From the NCBI GenBank assembly GCA_040954595.2, contig CM082598.2, positions 4,417,097 through 4,481,096 of the forward strand: a stretch of DNA of 64,000 nucleotides. The letters are read 5' to 3'. The notes under the pieces were generated by a model. It worked only from the letters and a program-made list of their open reading frames with translations, made no database searches and was not told the origin of the DNA. Below, piece after piece: positions 52,233 through 64,000 of the stretch. Positions within the stretch are counted from its first letter, which is position 1; each line of letters opens with the position of its first letter. The DNA is from Balanoglossus misakiensis. Its lineage: Eukaryota; Animalia; Hemichordata. Both the position numbers and the translations under genes were made by a program.

Positions 52233-53316
52233 AATGGATCTGATGGGTGTACTAAAAACTAACTTATACCACAGGAAAAGACATAAAAGATTGAGATGAA
52301 AATGAAGGGACGGGGAAGTTAAAGCAAAAAAAAAACAGATGTTTTTATGTAGAGCGTGTGGGAAAATCCCGCTCATCGAAGTTTCAACATCTGCATTATT
52401 GAACAAGCTTTTGAAGATTTGAGAACTGGGTCGAGTAGTTTTATGAGTTGATAGCCTCGCAATGTTCATTTATCCAGTAGAATCCGACTTTTGATCAAGC
52501 AACCATTCGCGTCAGTATGTCCACAGGGGGAAAAGATCCAGGAACTGTCCTGGAGAGTGAAACTACATGTAGACGTTACAGAGCGCAACTGCCAACACCC
52601 GGTAGACAAAAAACACATTGTTCAAAGACCATTGCTATTGCCCGTTAAAAATGACCTACATAACCTACTTACGATAACCTGCACGTATCGAAACTCTGGT
52701 GTCTCTCAATATGGTGACTCACCTTTTTGAGTGGCTACCCGCGGTAACTGAGGCTAACTTTGTATGCGTGACCGTATACCTCTAATCAATCGGATTAAAA
52801 TTTTAATCAGATTGTCCTCTGATCAACCTCCAATTCACCAAAACAGATACAGGGGAACAATATAACATCACAAATATTTCATCATATTGTATCAAACTTC
52901 AAAAAACTCGTCTTATCAAAACATGGCAACCGGTCAGATGTGGAGAATTTACGATACCAGCCAGTCAGCCCAAGACCTTTGTCCCACTTCAGGTAGTGAC
53001 TTTTATTGTGTACATACAGGTGGATGGTTGGGGTGGTGTGATATCTGAGAAGGTCATGTGAGGACACATGATAGCCTGGTGAATCCTAGCCCTACGTACA
53101 GGTCTGTGTGTTTGCGGCGTTACACGGCCTCCACCACAGCCCTGCAAAGGTTCATAGACAAAACTGGTGCATCTGTGGTCCGGATCCAGACTGCAGCTTT
53201 TCGGCCGGAATTCGGACATTCAAAAAATGACTCAGAATAAACTAGTTTGTGGAGAACTTTAGCTGAGTCTGTTTCCTTTTCTTTTCTTTTTGTACAGACT
53301 TAAATAAAGAAACAGG

Positions 53317-56300
53317 ATGGCAGGAGAAAGTATTCCTCCCTATTTATCTCTTCTTCATGACCTGCACGAGCATTGTGACGAAGATGATGTACAAGAGCTC
53401 AAAGATTTAATTGATGACGATATTCCACCAAGGCAGAGGAAACCCATGAAAACCGCTATGGACTTGTTTAGATGTCTAGGCGAACGGGGTCATATAAGCA
53501 AAAATAACCTGGCCTACCTGAAGAAACGGTTTACGAAAATGGGGAAAAACAATTTAGTGGAGAAGATTGAAGAATACGAAGCAAAGCACATTAAAAGTAC
53601 GTGAGATCCAAATCGACAAGAAAAACAAAGAAAACTATACAAAGAGAAGCACGGTTACTGTGTTTAAATTTGTACCCTTTCAATTACAAGTGAATACCCC
53701 ACATCCCACATATTTAGCTCTATAAAAAAAGTATTGGAACTATTGCAGTTGTATCAAATAGCTTGAGCGCCTGATTTAGGGGAATACCAACCAGTTTCTT
53801 TATAACAATCAGTTGTATTTGGTACAGAGTTTTGTTTGCTTTTGTCCCTACATTATCCTTAGCCGGTGACCAGGAACCGACACAGAAAATGTTTTGCTTT
53901 GTTAACTTCTAAAATTCAGCAACTTCATTATACACTTGCAATTTTCGTTCATTACAAATACAGTTGAATTGATACGCTGGCTTGTAATCTAATTTCAATG
54001 TAGTACTTCTCTCTGTAAATAGATTTTCTTTATGTGATGTGCTGGGGGCCAGACATTTCAAATAAACATAATACTATACTTTGTTTAACGTTTCATGTAT
54101 TTTCATTACCTCTCCTAAGAAAGTAATTTCATTAACTCTCACTACCATCCCACTTAAGGTAGACTGCACCCCGAAAGTCAGTCTTAAACTTTCTCTCATA
54201 TTTTGCTAAAGGCAACTTAAACTTTTTCTTAGAATACAAATTGGGGGTTACAGTGCAAAATTTTGAAAATCCATACATAAAAGTTACAGAGACAGTCAGA
54301 CTGACACCAGAAAAACTACAGTTCCATAACTACCTCCCGCAAAATCGTTCAAATATCAGAGGCCACCTGAAGTCGTAATATGGTTGGAGACGTGAGACTG
54401 ACTGTTGACTAAACTAACACGTTTGTGTTCAACTGCTTCAGGTGAGACGACTGAGCTAGACACACCCAAGAGCAGATCTATGCCAGGACCGAGCACTGTA
54501 GACACACCCAAGTGCAGATCTATGCCAGGACCGAGCACTGTAGACACACCCAAGTGCAGATCTATGCCAGGACCGAGCACTGTGGACACACCCAAGTGCA
54601 GATCTATGCCAGGACCGAGCACTGCAGGACGCTACCACCCAAGTGACGGGGCTACAAACATTTCAGCAACTCGTAAGAGAAAAAGTGAATCTACTATTTT
54701 TGTATGCTATTATGTTTGCGAATTATAACCAAACAATTTATAATCGCATGCAAACATTATGGTTGTGGCTTTAAAATTGCTTATTTCTTGAAATAAACAA
54801 ATGCTTTGACAACGCATTTTTTTTCTTCTCAGGACCTACAGTGAAAAGTGTTGCAAGCTTGAAGGAACCAAGGTAAAATTTCAAGTTTATAATCATACTT
54901 TAGCCCCATTCACCTACACTATTTCTTAATGCATCCATATATCTGTATGTCCACGTTTGTGACTAAATCTGAGTTATATGGCATACCGGTATAACATAGC
55001 CACATCTCCATGAATAACTCGCAAGCCAGTCGTGAATTGTTAATTCAACGCAGCTGCAAAATTAATACACCCTGCAGTTGTGCTAAGGAATGAAATTCGG
55101 TAGTGCTACTTCATTTGGGGACAGTCAACCATTGATAGTTGTATATGATGCATGATGGATGCACAGACAGACGAAAAGACAGACTTGCACTTTTGCTAAG
55201 TTAGGAGAAAAAATGTCAAGGGATATCCACAATGTCACGTACATGTTTACTTTCTTTACCTGTACAGAATGGCAGGTTCCGGAATACTGGTGATTGGTGA
55301 TGAGTGGGGTACACAGAAAGGTGGACTTTCTACCGTTAACAGACACGTCGCCTCATTGGCTGCGGAAACTGGGAAGGCGGTCTTTGCAACAGCTCTTGAA
55401 GCAACAGAAGAGGATAAGAAAGATGCCTCTGATAACGGCGTAAGCCTGCAGGTTGGAAGGCCACATCGTGATGAAAAGATACCAAATATAAAGTGGTTAA
55501 ACATGTATCACCCTGTTCATTTTCCAGACATCGCAAAACTTGATGTTGATGTCATCATAGGTCACATGCCCATCACCTCTCCTGGTGCACTTGATATCAA
55601 CAAGCAATTGTTTCAATCGAAGAAGAAAGTGATCCTCTTCAACCACGTCATACCAGAAGATATTGAGGTACACAAGGCATCGTGGACCCCAAAGAAGGTT
55701 GAGGAAAAAGAGAAGGCTCTCTGTAAAGAAGCTGCCCAGGCCAACGTAGTCTTCTCGGTCGGCCCAAGCATGTACAGTCACTTCTATAACAAATACCGTC
55801 CGTACACGATGTCAGTCAAACACCAGCTGTTTCTACCAATGCCAGATGACAAGTTCTTCAAAATCAAGATGGAGAAACCCAGTAAAAAATGCAAGGTCCA
55901 GATCCTGACCTTCGGTAGAGTCAACGGTGTTGCCAACCTCAAAGGCTATGATCTGGTGGCAAGAGCATTGAGTCAAACCGTAAAGGATAGGAAGAGAACC
56001 CACCCATCACAAGCCCCCCCAGTTTGGAACATCAGGGGTATACCGAAAGGGGAGGAGCAGAATACAAAGAGATACTTAGAAGACCATGTCGAGTCCGGTC
56101 ATCTGAAAATCAATCAGTATCCTTATGGATCTCAGGATGACATTAGGATTGATATTCAGCAGAGCTATCTATGCTTGATGCCATCTCGCAGTGAGCCGTT
56201 TGGAATGGTTGGCTTAGAGGCCATCGCAGCTGGAATCCCTGTCCTTGTGACGAAGAACTCGGGCTTAGCAGAGTTTCTCACCGATTCTATTGACACAGAT

Positions 56301-56507
56301 ATGGCGAAAGCGGTCACTGTCGACGTCGGCGTGAACGACGCAGAACGCAAGAAAGATATCCGTGAATGGTCCACCCGCATCAGCCAAGTTCTGAATGAAT
56401 ATGACGAAGCCTTCGAGAGGGCACAGAAGATGAAGGAACGTCTCCAAGAATGCCAGGCTGTTCGTGACACACACGAAGCATTCAAAGCAGAGTGCCTCAA
56501 TAAGTGA
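53317..56507 (+). CDS. Gene D: DED - 4x repeat linker - GT4 glycosyltransferase. Exons 53317-53596, 54442-54672, 54833-54872, 55268-56507
   Basis: Same exon and phase pattern as gene A; intact 412-aa GT4 exon. Confidence 0.85.
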
Positions 56508-57486
56508 GCTCTTATTCCGGCTATTAAAGGGACAAAGTCTCTCTCTCTCTCTCGCTGCCCTTTTACCATTAATTATGCTTGAAACAATACACCGTTTATA
56601 TTAATGTACATGTGGATATAGTGAATCAGCATTCAACAACACACACCTTCCATCTGGCTTGTAGACACGAGAGTGAAAAAACTCGCCAAAATGAATAATC
56701 GTTCTCTACCATTTATTCATTTTGGGCGAGTTTTTACTGTCATATCATACAAGTGGGATGGAAGTTGTGTGTAGTTGAACATTCATTCACTACATATACA
56801 CATGTACATTAATATAAACAGTGTCTTGTATCAAACACAATTCATGGAATAAAGGGCAGCGAGAGAGAGAGACTTTGTCCCTTTAAGATTTGCCACAGGC
56901 AGCACAAGACCAGTAATCAATTTCCCAGACAACAGTAGCAGCGTTGAGAAATATATTCCTATTTTCTAACATTCCGTGAACTGAAATACTCCTTATGACT
57001 TGCTTTAGAATTTAAATCTGAATTAACAAATCTAGCATGATGTAAATGTTCCTCTTATGAAGAATTCTGTATAAAATTATCTATAAGAAATTTGAAAATT
57101 ATACACGAAAATTAAAATATAATTTGAATAATAGATTAATCATATAATACAGGTTTGTCACTTCATCTATGGTTGAAAGTTAGACAGCATTGGACATTGT
57201 GTGTAAACTATATATTTTTAAAATTCATAATACTGATTTAAATTTAAATGCTCTAGTCTAACTGACATTGTAACTCTTAGGAACAAAGTAACTCTCATGT
57301 CTACAAGTGTGGGGGGGGGGGGAAGTTGTGTGTGATTGAATGTTGATTCTTTATATACCCACATGTAGAATAACATAAACAGTGTCTTGTATCATACATA
57401 CTTTATGGGAAAAGGGCAGCGAGTTGTCAAAAATACTGATTTCCACCAATACAAGGGTAATCTATTGGAGCTACTACACCACCCAG

Positions 57487-57675
57487 TTATATTACAACTT
57501 CATCATGAGTTGGAATACTGAGGTCTCTCTGAAGTGCAGTTAGCATCTTGATACTTTTACGCAGCTTGGCTCCTTCTTCTTTGGCTAACTGCTGGTGCAA
57601 GACATAAACGACGCCCTGGCGGCCAAGCGAACATGGAAGACTGATAAACACCTCATCTTCAATTCCATGCATTCC
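57487..57675 (-). CDS. LDH: L-lactate dehydrogenase, distal alternative terminal exon
   Basis: Acceptor tctttttcag|GGA, then GMHGIEDEVFISLPCSLGRQGV...THDEVVI*. Phase 0, matching the donor at 59396. Confidence 0.8.
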   Translation of the reverse strand, partial: GMHGIEDEVFISLPCSLGRQGVVYVLHQQLAKEEGAKLRKSIKMLTALQRDLSIPTHDEVVI

Positions 57676-58174
57676 CTGAAAAAGAGACAATCTTTCTATT
57701 AGATTAGGAAGAAATATCATATTGTTCCCATGAATCGCCATTTCTACTTTATACAAACTATGCGTCTGTTGGTATGCCATGACAATAAGATTGAAGAAAA
57801 TGTTTTCTTAAATCCTCATATACCGGGCAAACTAAACAAATATATTCACTTACAATTTGATTTGTATTAGTGCCATTTCTACTCTTTTCCAATTTTGAAA
57901 ATTTTCGGTTTTTTTTAAAAAAAATGAAAATACATGTATAGCACTACATTTAATCATAGCCATTGCTGGTGTTTTTAAGCTTCGCTTTGGAAATAAACTC
58001 TTGAACTTTGATCTTTCTTTGTGTTATGTTATGATTAAAAAGTGTACATGCAGAAACTATAATTTGTGTTTGCCAGTATATGTGGTAGTGATCACTTAGT
58101 ACAATATCCAAATGGCAAAGAAAGGCGTATGTCTTACGAAACTCACACACTGAGTGAAAAATTGTCAATAACTA

Positions 58175-58384
58175 CTGTAAAACGGGTTATTTTCGCGAAC
58201 AATAAAATTTCATGAAATACGTGACAACCAAAAAAACGTGAAAATGAAAGGTTTCGTAAAATGTTTTTTTGAGATAATGATGCAGGATAGTGAAATACGA
58301 AAACGCGAAAATTATTCCTCGCGTAACAGTTGCTTCTTCTGGTATTGCGAAAACTTCCTGTTGCGAAAATAACCCGTTTTACAG
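58175..58384. mobile_element. 210-bp TA-flanked MITE (Tc1/mariner type); related degenerate copy at ~62930-63152
   Basis: ta|ctgtaaaacgggttattttcgc ... gcgaaaataacccgttttacag|ta. Confidence 0.85.
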
Positions 58385-58646
58385 TATAATGAACAAGCAA
58401 AAAAAGACTATAACTCTACCTTGTCAACACTCCTTGTCAGTCTACGCTCTTTTTAAAAAAATCCAGCAAAAGGACAGCTTTCGCGAAGCAAATTACAGCG
58501 CATAGCAAGCATACAAGATTTAATTGCTATTTTAACGTGCAGCTTGCGTTACTAGCATAAGACAATATCCACTGCGATCACCGATGCATGTACAGAAATG
58601 TGCACGAATGATAGTAACTACCATTATGAGTGAGATGACAGGAATT

Positions 58647-62314
<3,668 letters not shown>

Positions 62315-64000
62315 CTGTTAAAATAATTTTCGATTTTTGTCAATATATTTACAATATTTAAAAGACATTAACAGCAACTGCTATGTAAACTTCACATTAT
62401 ATCGTCCGAGTCATTTTATTGGTGTATTTTAAGTCATGCTGTATGCCAAAAAAATAAGGAAAGCAAAATAAATTTCTGATCAGGTTACCTAGGTATTCGG
62501 CAAATTTAAAAGCAGTTTTCAAGAGGCTATATAATATGTTGTAGTCATTTTAGGGCCACCCAGTACCATCCATTGCTTATATATATACTAAATGCTTAGC
62601 TATGTCTACTTTTAGGGCAAATTCCAATCTGATTAAAATCAGATGTAGGGAACGGCGACGTGTTTTTTTTTATGCTGTCGCCTGATTTTAATCAGATTGG
62701 GCAAATTCGTCCAAAGCCTGAGTTTTCAAACTAGTATTGTCATTTATGGCCACTGGTGGCGCTATCACAGTAAGTCCTCACAAGATTTATGGTGAGTAAT
62801 ACGTCATGGTTCGTAAACATCCGTACAAAGTTAACACTGGGGAAATTGAGCAAAATTTATTTCCAGGCTCATGTGGCTCTACATATAGAGTGATCTATTT
62901 GGCAAGATCCATGTCCGTCGTATACATGTACTGTACCGGTACAACAGGAAATTTTTGCGACAGGAAATTTTCATGATAACAAAAGAGGCAACTGTTACGT
63001 GACGATTAATTTTCACGTTCTCTTATTTCACTACCTACATCGCTATCTCCGAAAAACATTTAACGTGACTTTTCATTTTCGTTGGGTTTTTTTTTTGCTC
63101 TCACGAAATTCGCGAAAATTCATCGTTTGTGAAATATTTCATGTTTTACAGTATAAAACACTGCATGAGACAGGGCTATAGTTACCAGATATTGTAACTG
63201 TAACCCAATGTACAAATCACAAATCATATATCAATCAACACACATTAGAACATCTGCATCCCATACATCAAATCTGTCACAGAGACTGGATTTTTATAAT
63301 GACCCCAATGACCTTTAAGTGACCTTTTTAACAATGACCCAAGTGCCCTTTTTGCTGCGGTAAATCTCTCACATGTACTGAAATGCCAACAGCTGTGATG
63401 TAAATAAACAAGACAAAAACAGCTGGATGTATAATTAAAGCTAAACTTTGTCTGCCATGAAATGTATAATCCCCCCCCCCCAGTCAGAGTGGAATCCCCC
63501 GAAACATTCTGGCAAAGGGAGACATAACCCCCCCCCCCCCTTATCGATGCCACCCTGGATGGAGCACTGCAAAGCACGCCTCATTAATTAGTATCAATAT
63601 CCAAATCACTATGGCGACTTCTGACTCTGGTCTTTTGTTGAAAATAACAGCGCCACTTAGAGCTATCCGCACCCACAAAAGGTTAAAGCATGTAAATAAT
63701 GGGGTCATTCAAAAGTACATGACAACTCAACCAGAGGCGGTTTAAGAATGCCACCACCGCGGGTATAAATAGCTCAGATGATCTCGAGTTATTTGATCTA
63801 TGATGTAATCACAGGCCTTCGGAAAATGCATGGTATGGCCAGTAAATCTAAAGAAACGAACAGTTGCTTGCTTATTTGAAAAGCAAAAAATAAATTCCAT
63901 TTTCTACTGAAACAGCATTTTTTACAGACTTCTTGTTACCTGCCAGCTATTTTTCCCTCTGAGATATAATATCAATAGAATAAAGCGTCGGCCCAATTTT

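Noticed and set aside
34254-56507. Calling the cluster caspase-8, FADD or a bacterial contaminant (mshA-like)
   Set aside because: No caspase or death domain is present. Spliceosomal introns and host MITEs shared with the flanking genes show it is integral animal DNA.
63930-64000. Minus-strand donor-like cag|gtaac as the missing LDH first coding exon
   Set aside because: The translation does not match the expected GxGxxG / MACA segment; the real exon probably lies beyond the window.

Overview
This is AT-rich, intron- and repeat-rich animal genomic DNA, most consistent with a marine invertebrate (the taxon is an inference). 1-11 kb is non-coding: 74-bp and ~98-bp tandem arrays, a ~1.6-kb foldback palindrome, TTAA-target DNA transposons and an L2/CR1 LINE tail. 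11.7-23.2 kb holds a 17-exon RBM28/Nop4 gene (minus strand) with a 3.7-kb (CATC/CATA)n intronic satellite. 23.7-30 kb holds an unidentified minus-strand coiled-coil gene. 31-57 kb is the most interesting part: a tandemly duplicated, exon-shuffled plus-strand cluster in which death-effector-domain (DED) exons splice in frame, through repeat-linker exons, to intronless GT-B/GT4 glycosyltransferase exons (three intact copies). The cluster also contains a DED-TRADD-N-like x2-DED adaptor unit that could be an alternative splice output of the first copy. From 57.5 kb to the end is an L-lactate dehydrogenase gene (minus strand) with two duplicated, divergent terminal exons. Exon structures were read by eye from splice signals and phase; no database search or expression data were available.
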